From NCBI RefSeq assembly GCF_009914755.1, contig NC_060931.1: a stretch of DNA of 64,000 nucleotides; one strand, written 5' to 3'. This document shows positions 14,000 to 28,267 of the stretch, piece after piece. The notes under the pieces are model-generated. The model saw nothing but the letters and a program-made list of their open reading frames with translations. It searched no databases and had not been told where the DNA came from. The stretch is from the human T2T-CHM13v2.0 reference genome, Homo sapiens. Within the stretch, counting starts at the first letter, position 1. Each line of letters opens with the position of its first letter. A program made the position numbers and the translations under genes.

Positions 14000-16900
14000 T
14001 TGGACACACTGTGATAGGATTTTTGATATCCTAGGGAGATACTGCTCCTGACAGCAGAGTGGGCGTACACCCTGTGATATTATTTGTAATATCCTAGAAA
14101 GATATTGCCCCTAATATCACAGTGGCTGTACACCCTGTGATCTTAATTGTAATATCCTACAGAGATATTACTCCTAATAATACAGTGGGTGTACACCCTG
14201 TGATATTATTCATAATATATTATGGAGATACGACTCCTGATATCACAGTGAGTGTACACCATGTTTGTACACCCTGTGATCTTATTTGTAACAACTTAGA
14301 AAAATATTACCGCTAATATCGAAGTGGGTGAACACCCTGTGATGTTATTTGTTATCTACTAGGTAGATATTACTCCTAATATCACAGTGTGTGTACACCA
14401 TGTGTGTACAAACAGTGAAATTATTCGTAATACCCTAGGAAGATATTACTCCTAATATCACAATGGGTGTACACGCTGTGATATTATTGGTGATCCCCTA
14501 GGGTGATACGATTCCTAATATTACAGTGGGTGTACACTCTGTGAGGTTATTTGTAATGTCCTAGGAAGATATGACTCCTAATATCAAAGTGGATGTACAC
14601 CATGTGTGTACACTCTGTGATCTAATTCATATTATCCCAGAGAGAGATTTCTCCTGATATCACAGTGGGTGTACACTCTGTGATATTATTTGTACTATCC
14701 TAGAGAGATATTGCTCCCAGTATCACAGTGGGTGTACACCCTGTGATATGATTCATAATATCCTAGAGAGATATTACCTCTAATATCACAGTTTCTGTAC
14801 ACCCTGTGGTATTATTCATCATATCCCAGGGAGATATTATCCCTAACATCACAGTGCGTGTACAGCATGGGTGGACACCCTGTGATGTTATTGGTAATAT
14901 CCAATGGGGATATTACCCTTAATGTCACAGTGGGTGTACAGCATGTGTGTACGCACTGAGATGTTACTCGTAACATCCTAGGGAGAAATTACACCTAGTG
15001 TTACAGTGGGTGTAAACCATGTGTTTCTATTCTGTGATGCTATTGGTAATATCTGAGAAAGTTATTAGTCCTAGTGCCACAGTGGGTGTATACCATGTGT
15101 GTCCACTCTGTGATGTTAATCGTATTATCCTAGGGAGATAGTTCTTATAACATCACTGTGGGTGTACATCATGTATGTACTCCCTGTGGTCTTATTGGTT
15201 ATGTCCTGGGTTGATATGACACCTAATATCACCATGGGCGCACACCATAGGTGTACATTCTGTGATGTTATTCGTAATATCCTAGGGAGATATCACTTCT
15301 TATGTCATAGTGGGTGTACAGCCTTGTGATATTCCTGGTAGTATCCTTGGGATGTATTACTCCTGTTATCACAGTGGGTGTACACCCTGTGATAGTATTT
15401 GTAATATCCTAGCGACATATCACTGTATACCCTGTGGTATTCTTTGTGACATTTGAGGGAGCTATTTCTCCTAAAGTCAGAGTGGGTGTACACCCTGTAA
15501 TATTCTTCCTGATATCACAGTGGGTGTACACCGTGAGTGATTTTTTTTCTAATATCCAGCGGGAGAGAGGATGATATTGCTTCTAATATCATGGAAGGTA
15601 TACACCCCCTTGTGATATGGTTCCTAGTATCCAGGGAAGGAGAGGATGACATTATTCCCAATAGCACTGGGGGTGTACCACCTCCCGCCGGGATATTGTT
15701 CTTAATATCCGGAGGTGGAGAGAATGATGTTACTCCCAATATCCCAGGGGGTGTACACCACACCTGTTTGTAGACACCCCCTTTGATATTGTTCCAAATG
15801 GCCTGTGAAAGAGTCAATATTACTCCCATTATCGCAGGGGGTGTTCAGCCCTGATGATATTGTTTTCTAACATCCAGGGAAGGAGAGTATGATATTACTC
15901 CCAATATCGCAGGGCTTGTATACCTTTTTGTGTTATTGGGCCCAATATCCTGGAAAATAGAGGATGATAGTACTCCCATTATGGAAATAATTGTGCAGCA
16001 CCCCTGTGATATTCTTCCTAATATCCAGAAAGGAAAAGAATGATATTATTACCAACAGTGTAGGAAATGTACACCCGCGCTGTGATATCTTTCCCCATAT
16101 CCAGGTGTGGAGAGGATCATATTACTTCCAATATCGCAGGGTGTGTACACCCCCTCTGTGATCTCGTTGGTAACATCCAGGTTTGGGGAGGATGACATGA
16201 CTCCCAATATCGCAGGGGGAGTCCCCCCCATGACCTTGTTAGTCATTTCCTGGGTGGAGAGGATGATATTACTCCCAATATCGCAGGGGGTGTACACACC
16301 CCTGTGAGAATCTTCCTCATATCCAGAGGGAGAGAGGATGATATTTCTCCCAGTACTGCAGGGGGTTTCCACAGCCCTGTGATCCTCTTCCTAATATCCA
16401 CAGGGAGAGAGGATGATATGACTCCCAATATCGCAGGGGGTGTACACAACCCTGTGATATTGTTCCTCATATCCAGAGCGAAAGAGGATGATATGACTCT
16501 CAATTTCGCAGGGTGTGTACACCCCTCCCGTGCTATTGTTCTGAATACCCTGGGAGGGAGAGGATAAGGTGACATTGAATATCGCAGGGAATGTACACCC
16601 TCCCCCTCTGATACCCTTCCTAGTATCCAGGGGAAGAGAGGATAATTGTACTCCCAATATCGCAGAGGCAGTACACCCCGCCTGTGATATTGTTCCCAAT
16701 ATACAAGGGGGGAGAGGATGATACTACTCCCAATATCGCAGGGGTGTTCACATCCCCAGTGACATTTTTCCTAATATCTAGGGGAGAGACAATTACATGA
16801 CAGCAAATGTCGCAGGGTCTGTACATCCCTTCCTGATATTGTTCCTAATATCCAGGGGGGAAGAGGATGATATCAAATATGAAAGGGTGTATACAACCCC

Positions 16901-17568
16901 CACCCCTAAGATATTGTTCTTAATATTCTTGAGGGGAGACGATGATATGACTCCAAATATCGCAAGGGTTGTTCACACCCCACTGTGATATCCTTTCTAA
17001 TATCCAGTGGGGGAGAAAATAACATAACTTCCAATATTGCAGGTGGTGCATACCCCACCTGAAATATTGCATTAAATATCCAAAGAGGGAGAGGATAGTA
17101 TTCATACCAATATCTAAGTGTGTGTACACGCCCCTTGTGACATGGTTTTTAATATCCAGGGGGCGGGAGGATGATATTAGTCCCAACGTCACAGAAGGAG
17201 TACACTACCCCTGTGATATTGTCCCTAACTTCCAGAGGGGAGAGGATGAGATCACTCCCAATATCTCAGAAGTTGTACATCCCCCGTGATATTGTTCATC
17301 ATATCCAGGGAGGCACAGGATGACATTCCATTGAATTTCACGACAGGCATACACGCACAGTGTGATATTGTTCCTAATACCCAAGAAGGCAGAGGATGAC
17401 ATTAATCCCAATAAAGCAGTGGGTGTACATTACCCCTGTGTTATTGCCTCTAATATCCGGGACCGGGGGATGGGGGGAGAGGATAACATTCCCTCAAATG
17501 TAGCAGGTGGTTTGATGCCCCTCGTGGTGTTGTTTTACATATCCAGTGGGGAAGACAATAATATTATT
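14000..17568. repeat. SATR-type satellite array: type A (14000-~15510) then type B (~72-75 bp unit)
   Basis: Type B unit: gggagagaggatgatattactcccaatatcgcagggggtgtacaccccctgtgatattgttcctaatatcca. Confidence 0.88.
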
Positions 17569-20500
17569 TTTGATAGTCCGATTCATCCTCTCCACCTTTC
17601 TGGAACTCTGAGGCCGGGAGGCGGCATGCACTTTCCGTGTGATCCCCAACACCTTTGCCGTCTTCTGTAGCAAGTCAGCCACAACCGCAGGCCCGTTATC
17701 TGAGCCAATCCGGAAGGGCTGTCCCAATCTACGAATCAGATCTCGAAGAAGCACATGGGTTACTTCATGAGCTTTCTCAGTTCGTGTTAGATAAGCCTCC
17801 ACCCACCCAGAGTAGGTACGCCCAAGAACTAGTGAATACTTGTTACCTCCACACTTTGGCATCTCTGTGAAGTCTACCTGGAGATCTTCAAAGGGGGCTG
17901 CTCCATAAGCTTGTATGCCGGGTGGAACAGCTGGACCTGGCCTCGCATCATGCTGTCGGCAGCTGACACATCGCTGCCTCACCGTTTTGGCAAGGGCTGA
18001 CAAAGGCGAGATGGAGAAATACCAGCCTAACAACTTTTTGCAGTGACTCCTGACCTAGATGGGTGGTTTCTTGCACAGCCAGTACAACTGCAGCTCCTGG
18101 CAGCTGTGGCACAGCTACTCTCCCATCCGGTAACCAAATCTATCCTTCCTCCATCACTTGTCCTTCCCTCTACCTGGACAAAGTCCTTTTCTCCTTTAGA
18201 ATAAGCAGGTCCAAGATCAGGTGCTTGAGGGAGCAGAGGAGCTGTGACTGATGCCTGGAAAGGGGCAGATGCTGCTTTTCGAGCCTCTGAGTCAGGGCGG
18301 GAATTCCCCAAGCCCACCAAGGTGGAAGCTCGCTGGTGCCCCCTGCAATGCATAACTGCCACCTTGTGGGGTTTCCATACTGCTTCTAATACATGGAAGA
18401 TTTCTGGTTGATATTTTCTGCCTTTTCCCCCAGAGTTCAATAGGCCCTTTTCTTTCTAGCATGCTCCATGCACTTGAAGGGTTAAAAAGGCATACCGAGA
18501 ATCAGTGTAAATGTTGACAGTCCCACCCTCACTGAGCTCTAAGGCCCGAATGAAAGCAATGAGTTCAGCTTTCTGGGCTGAAGTGGCCTGGGGCAATGAT
18601 CTGGCTTCAACAACAGTGTCCAGGGTTACCACTGCATACCCTGCACCTCTCTTTCCTTGGGTGTTGACCAAGCTGCTCCCATGCACGTATAGTTCCCAGT
18701 CTACTGATGCCCAAGGCTGGTCCCGGATGTCAGGTCTGCTAGAGTCAACTGAGTCCAACACTTCTACACAGTCATGCTCGACAGGGCTCTCTGATAGCGG
18801 GAGCAAGGTGGCGGGGTGTAGGGTGTTACAAACTTCAATGGTTATACGGGGATTTTCACAGAGCAAACTTTGGTACTTGGTGAGTCTGGCATTCGTTAGC
18901 CAGTGATGTCCTTTAGTATTCATTAAAGTCACCACAGCATGGGGGGCCTTTCTGTTCAGGTTCTGCCCAAGAGTCAGCTTCTTTGCTTCTTGTACTAGCA
19001 GAGCAGTTGCTGCCAAGGCCCTCAAACACAGGGGCCATCCTTTAGAATCCCCGTCTAGTTATTTGGAGAGGTAGGCCACCGGCCTCGGCCAGGGCCCCAC
19101 AGTTTGGGTTCAAAGTCCGGCTGCCATCTTTTCCCTCTCTCTGACACATAGGATGTAAAAGGCTTTGTCAGATCGGGTAGCCCCAGGGCTGGGGCTGACA
19201 TAAGTTTCTCCTTTAACTCATGAAAGACTTGCTGTTGTTGGGATCCCCATTCAAAATGTTCCCAGTCCCCCCCCCCGCCCCTTGGTGACCTCATACAAAA
19301 GCTTGGCTAATACTGCAAAGTTTGGGATCCGCAGTCTACAAAACCCCACAGCTCCTAAGAATTCTCTCACCTGCCTTCTGCTCTTAGGCTGGGCTAGATT
19401 GCAAATGACCTGCTTTCTTTCTGATCCCGGGCTGCATTCTCCCTGTCGGATAGTAAATCCCAAGGAACGTACCTGCTGTCGGCAGATCTGAGCTTTCTTC
19501 TTGGACAGCTTACACCCACAGTCCTCCAGGTGTCGGCATAGGGCAATCCATTCCCTTGGCGCACCCGACTGCCGTGGGGTGTCCCAGCAAAAGCTCATCA
19601 ACCTAGCGGAGCAACGCGCAGCCTAGGTCTCTGGTGGGAAACTTCTGGAGGTCTTGAGCCCACGCCTCCCCGAAGATGGTGGGGGAGTTCTTGAACCCTT
19701 GGGGAAGCCCGGTCCAAGTGTACTGAGTAGTGACACCTGACTCCGGATCTTCCCACTGAAAGGCAAACAGCTTCTGGCTCTCAGGGGCTAATCTGATAGG
19801 AAAGAAAGCGTCTCTCGGGTCCAAGCAGGTGAACCAGCTGTCCTCAGCTGGCAGCAACCCCAACAATGTGGACGGGCTAGGTACTGTTGAAAGGAAAGTC
19901 AGGGTAGCTTGACTAAGCAAGCGCGAATCTTATCCCGGCCTGTAGTCCTTGGTCGGTGGCTTGGGAACAGGCAGGAGGGGAGTATTCCGTGGAGACTGAC
20001 AGGGAACTATCATTCCAAAAGTTCTTAGGTGCTTAAGATGGACCTGGATACCTTGAAGAGCTTCTCTGGGGACCGGGTCCTGTTTTTGCTTAAGCGGCTG
20101 GGCCCCAGTCTTAACTGGCCAACCCTGGAGGGTTGTCTTCTGCCTGTACTCTTGGCCACCGCTTAGCCAGAGCTGGTCTTCTCTTGGCCCGGCTCAGTTA
20201 AGTCTCCATTCCTCCTCTCGGGGGACCGTAAGGGTCATAATGACTCCCGTGGTGGGTCACTTTAGCAGCAAAGAGCTGTGTTCTGTCAAAGAGAGAGCAG
20301 CTCTCAGCTTGCTAAGCTAGTCCCTTCCCAACAAGGGCAAGGGACAGTCAGGCATGTACAAAAACTGATGAATCACTTGATGTCCTCCTACAGTGCACAT
20401 CCCAGGCAAGTAGAAAGCTTGCTTTGCTGAAACCCCCATGGCTCCAGTGACGTCAAGAGTCTTTCTGGATAAGGGGGCGACCGGGGTGGTTACTAGCGAA

Positions 20501-21665
20501 TGTTCAGCACCGCTATCTACAAGAAAATCAATGTCTCTACCCTCGACTGTCATTCTGACCAGAGGCTCTTTGGGGACACTGGAGCCCGGTCTCCCTCAGT
20601 CCAATAACCCTTCTGCCAGGTTGAGCAGGGCCCCTTCCTCCTTGTCCAGGGCCTCCTGCTCTGAGTCACCTTCTTTTCTTTTGAGCTGAGGGCATTTGTT
20701 CTTCCACTGTCCTACTTCTTTACAATAAGCACACTGGTTACGCTGCAAACTCTGACACCCAAGCTGAGTTTCTTTCCCAAGGCCCCCCTTCCCTTGCTTC
20801 TTTGGGGGGACAGCTCTGATTGCTGCAGCTAACAAACAGGTCGGCGTTTTGCCGGGCCTGACCTTCATTCTCTTTGGGCTTTCCCTCGCGGCTTACTGCA
20901 TCCCTGTTTACAAACACCTGCTTAGCTATTTCTCATCAATGTGATGTATTCATCCCTGCAAGCCCAGCCTGCTTCTGCAGTTTTCTTCTAACTTCTTCCG
21001 CGCTTTGATGGACTAAAGCCATGTGAATCATGCGCTGATTTTCAGGGTTATCGTGATCAAGGGGAGTATACATACCATAGGCCTCACACAGTCTCTGGTA
21101 GAATTGCGCTGGACTTTCTACTTTTCCCTGAATGACCTCAGAGACCTTGTTAACGTTTGTGGCCTTCTGAGCTCCCCTCTTGAATCCTTCCAAGAGAGCT
21201 TCTCTGTCTCGGTTTAGCCTTTGCATCTCCTCTCTTTCATGTGGGTCCAACTGGGGGTGGGTTCCTGGTAACTGGGTGCTTCCATACTCTTGGGGGTTTT
21301 GATAATCAGCTGGTGCATGTTCCTCTAGCCACTTAGTTGCTGCGTGAAGCCCTCTCCGCCTTTTGCCTTTCATCTCTCTTAAAGAGGAACATGAGCAACC
21401 GGTGGCGATCGGCCCAGGTGGGGTTGTGGGTCTGGATAACCGTTTGGAGGAAATCAATTAGGGCTTGTGGCTTTTCGCTCTAGGACGGGGTATTGTTTTC
21501 CCAGTTGAGAAGGTCGGCAGAGGTGAAGGGCTGGTACACAAAAACACGCCTCTCCACCACGTGACCATCCTCCTCTCTCCCAGTATGCCGCTGCTCTCTC
21601 AGGGGCATTTGGATCCCCGTTTTGGGTCGTAAAAGAGCTGCCGAGGGAGGGGTGGAATGGCGCAA
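17569..21665 (-). mobile_element. LTR-less, env-less ~4.1-kb HERV-E (ERV1/gamma-like) gag-pro-pol fragment, copy 1, defective
   Basis: Gag major homology region QGKVESPAQFYQRL, knuckle CAYCKEVGQWKNKC, gag TGA at 20596 in frame with pro, protease [21 protein letters not shown] with YVDD reading *VDE (19603), RNase H SAQKAELIA/IYTDSRYAF, integrase LQVDFTEMP/GSDNGPA/KVERMN. Many stops and frameshifts. HERV-E assignment is from recognition of the protein sequences. Confidence 0.88.
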
Positions 21666-22010
21666 TGTTACTTACCGCAATTAATAATCTCAATTATTAA
21701 TTGATACTGATAATTATCAATATTAATAACTGATCATATAATTCTGAAAATCAATACCGATAATGATAATTCGTATTAAAGAGTTATACTCACGATAACA
21801 ATAAATGAATATTAATGATTAATGATGCATGGTCTTAAAGAGTGATATTGATCTTATTCATTAGAAAACTGTCATATTAGCTCCTAATAATTAACATTAA
21901 TATTAATAATCTGAACACTATTTTTAGCAATGATTTCTTAATATTAATATTAATATTGGTAATACATATTCATGTTAATAAAAGAGGAAGAATTAATATG
22001 AATATTATCC
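21666..22010. repeat. AT-rich low-complexity spacer (TAA-rich); similar tracts at 24120-24520 and 50490-50830
   Basis: Almost pure A/T runs (taatattaat...) between the ERV gag end and the satellite. Confidence 0.85.
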
Positions 22011-25000
22011 CTAATACCTCAGTGGGTGTACACCCACCTGTGATGTTGTTCCTAATGTCCAGGGAGGGAGAGAGCATGATATGACGTTCAATATCGCAGT
22101 AGGTGTACACCCACCCGGTGATATTGATCCGAATATCATCTCCAGGGGGTGGCGTATGACGTTACTCCCAAGATAGCAGTGGCTGTGCATCCACCCGGTG
22201 ATATTCCTCCTAATATTCCCAGAAGAAGAGAATGCTATTACTCCCAGTATCTCAGGAAGTGTACACCCTTTCTGTGACATTGCTCCTAATATCCGGAGGG
22301 GGAGAGGGTGATATTACTGGCAATATTGCAGGCTGTGTGCACCCACCCTCTGATATTGTTCCTAGCAGCCAGGAAGTGAGAGGACGATATGACTCCCCAT
22401 ACAGCAGGAGGTGTACACCCATCCTGGGATATTATTCCTAATATCCACGGAAAGGAGAGGCTGATATGACTCCCAATATCGCAGGGGGTGTACATCCAGT
22501 CTGTGATATTGTTCTTAATATTCAAAGGTGGAGAGGTTGATATTACTCCCAATATCACAGAAAGTGTACAAGCCCGTGTACTATTGTTGCTATTATACAG
22601 AAGAAGAGAAGATGATATCACCCCCCCATCGCAGGAGGTGTACACCCACTCTGTGATATTTTTTCCAATGTGCGGGGCAGGGGAGGATAATACTCTTCTT
22701 CATAGCACAGGGTGTGTACAGCCCCACCGTGATATGGTCCTTAATATTCCAAGGCGGAGAGGATGATCTTACTCCCAATACCGCAGAAAGTGTACACAAC
22801 CCCAGTGATATGGTTCCCATGATCCAGGAGAGAAGAGGATGATGTTACTTTCAATATCGCACGGGGTGGACACGCTCCGGTGATATTGTTCCTAATTTCA
22901 ACGTGGGAGAGGATGATACTACACGGAATGCCCCTAGGGATAAAAACACTCCTGTGATATTGTTCTTAATATCAAGGGGAAAGAGGATGCTATTACTCCA
23001 AAGAGCGCAGAGGATGTGCACCCGTCTGTGATATAGTTGGTAATTTCCAGAGGTGGAGAAGATATTACTGACAATAACGTGAACACGCTGTGTGACCACC
23101 GTGGATCGTCATATCCAGGGGGGGAGAGGGGGTGCTGATATGACTCCCCGCATCGCGGGGGGCGCCCGCCCCCCTGCGACGTGAATCATCATATCTAGAG
23201 GGGGGTGATATGACTGCCCGCATCGCGGGGGCCTCATCCCCTTGCGATGGGGGTCCTAAGAGCCAGGGGGTGATAGGGGCTGGCTCTTACTCCCCGTACC
23301 CCAGGGTGGGGCCTTACCCCCCTGCAAAGGGGCTCCTAAGAGCCAGGGGGAGAGAGGGGCTGGCTCTTACTCCCCGTATCGCAGGAGGTGGGTACAACCC
23401 CTGCGATATTGGGAGTAATGTCATCCTCTCCGCATGAATATAAGAAACAGTATCACAGGAGGATGTACACCCCCTGCGATATTGGAAGTAACAACATTTT
23501 CTCCCCCTCCGGATATTCGGAACAATATCACAGTGGGTGTGTACAGCCCCTGCGACATTGCCGCTAGTATCTTCCTCTCCCTCCCAGGATAGAAGGAACA
23601 ATGTCACAAGGGGGTGTACACTCCCTGCGATATTGGCTGTAATATCTTCCTCTCCCCCGCTGCCCTTTAGGAGCAATGTTACACAAGGGGTGTACACCCC
23701 CGGCTATATTGGGAGTGATATCATCCTCTCCGTCCCTTTATATTAGGAACAATATCCCTAGGGAGTGTACACATCCTGCAATATTCAGACTAATAGCATC
23801 CTCTCGCCGCCTGGATATTAGGATCAATATCACAAGGATGGTGTGCACCCCCGGCGAAATTGGAAGAAATATCATCATCTCCACCTTTGGATGTTAGGGA
23901 CAGTATCTCGGGGGAGGTCTCCACCCCCTGCGATATTGGGAGTCATATCCGCTCCCACCCAGGATATTAGGAACAAGATGACCGAAGGGATGTACACCCA
24001 CTGCGCTATTTTCAATAATGTCATCCTCTACCCCCCGGCTATTAGGAGTAACATCATAGAGGGGTGTACACTTTCTGCGATATAGGGAGTCATATCCTCT
24101 CCCCCACGGATATCGGGAACAGTTCTATTAATTATTAATATTAATAAATATAATAACAATTAATAGTAATCATCAATATTAATAATTACAGTAGAGACAG
24201 TAAAACAGTACAGATGAAAAATATTAACGGTTACTATTAATAATTAATAGCAATATCACTATTAATAATAAAATAATGATATCACTAATTAATGTTACTT
24301 CAATCAATCATAAGTGATGTTGGTAATAAAACAATAATTAATATTAAGATTAATAACTAATATTAAAAGTGACATTAATCTTAATAATTAATTTTAATCA
24401 TGCATAATCATATCTTGAAAATAATCATTAATGATTAATAACGTTATACTGTTAATTAATATTACCATTGATAATTATTAATAAGACTGATGTTTAATAA
24501 TTCAGAATATTATTACTGCTAATACCACAGGGGGTGTACACCTACCTGTGATATTGTTCCTAATATCCAGGGATGGAGAGCATGATATTAGTTTTCATAT
24601 CGCAGTAGGTGTACACTCACCCTGTGACACCGATCCTAATACCCAGAGGGTAGAGTATGACATGACTGCCAACACAGCAATCAATGTACAGCCACCCGGT
24701 GATATCGCTCCTAATATTCACGGAAGAAGCGTATGATATTACTCCCAATATCGCAGGGAGTGTACACCTCTTCTGTGATGTTCTTCCTAGTATCCCGAGG
24801 GGGAGAGGGTGATAATAATTCCAGCATCGCAGGCTGTGTTCACCCAGCCTGTGAAATTGTTATTAATATCCTGAAAGGGAGAGGATGATATTACTCCCCA
24901 TAATAGATAGATATGACTCCCCATAATAGAGCAGGAGGTGTACACCCACCCTGTGATATTCTTCCTAATATTCGGAGGCTGAGAGGTTGATATTACTCCC

Positions 25001-25545
25001 AATATCGCAGGAAGTATACACCCCCATGTGAGATGGTCCTTCATAATATTCTAAGGCGGAGGGGGTGATATGACTACATATATGGCAGAAAGTGGACACC
25101 CCCCAGGGATATTGTTCCCATGATCCTGGAGGGAAGAGGATGATATTACTTTCAATATCACAGAAGGTGGACACGACCCCACTGATATTGTTTCTAATTG
25201 CAATGTGGGAGAGGAGGATATGACACGTGATATCCGAGGGAGTGGAAACACCCCTGTGATACTCTTCTTAATATTCGGGGAGGAAGAGGATGATATTACT
25301 CCCAATACAGACGGGTGTACACCCTCTGTACACCGAGGGTGTACACCCGTCTCTGAAACAGTTCATAATCTCCAGAAGGGGAGATGATATTGCTCACAAT
25401 ATGGTAAACAGGCTGTGAGTCCACCGCGGATCCTAAAAACCAGGGGGGGAAGAGGGGCTGGCCCTTACTCCCCGCATCGCGGTGGGTGCCTCACCCCCCT
25501 GCGATGGGGGTCCTAAGAGCCGAGGGGGAGAGGGGCTGTTCCCTA
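22010..25545. repeat. Type-B satellite array with GC-rich variant patches (23100-23390, 25430-25545), an inverted block (23390-24120) and an internal AT-rich spacer
   Basis: Units read gatattactcccaatatcgcagg before ~23390, cctgcgatattgggagtaat from 23390 to 24120, then forward again after 24520. Confidence 0.85.
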
Positions 25546-25827
25546 CGTTGGGGCACTGAGGTCCCTGTTTTCTTGCAAGCTGCCATTGGGGACCACTCTC
25601 GGCTTCCAGGGGCCTCCTTGTAGGTGGCACCATGGCCACTTGCCCTACTCCAAGCCTGCAGAAGAGCGCCTCTCTGCCATGTCCCTTTCTTTCAAAAGAC
25701 TTGCCTGACTGGTTCAGGTCCATTAGGTAGTGTCCCATTTGATTAGCTCAAAAGTACTGTAGCCCATCACATTCACTCACAGGAGGGCATTAGCGGGGTG
25801 TGGACACCAGGGAGTGAGAATCTCTCA

Positions 25828-28267
<2,440 letters not shown>

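Noticed and set aside
15305-17411. Many ORFs with repeating CTPPAILGVISSS peptides (also 22-25 kb and 44-46 kb)
   Set aside because: These are translations of the satellite unit in several frames, with no coding signature.
17569-21665. Active retrovirus or intact pol gene
   Set aside because: Stop in YVDD, several frameshifts, truncated integrase, no LTR, primer-binding site or env.
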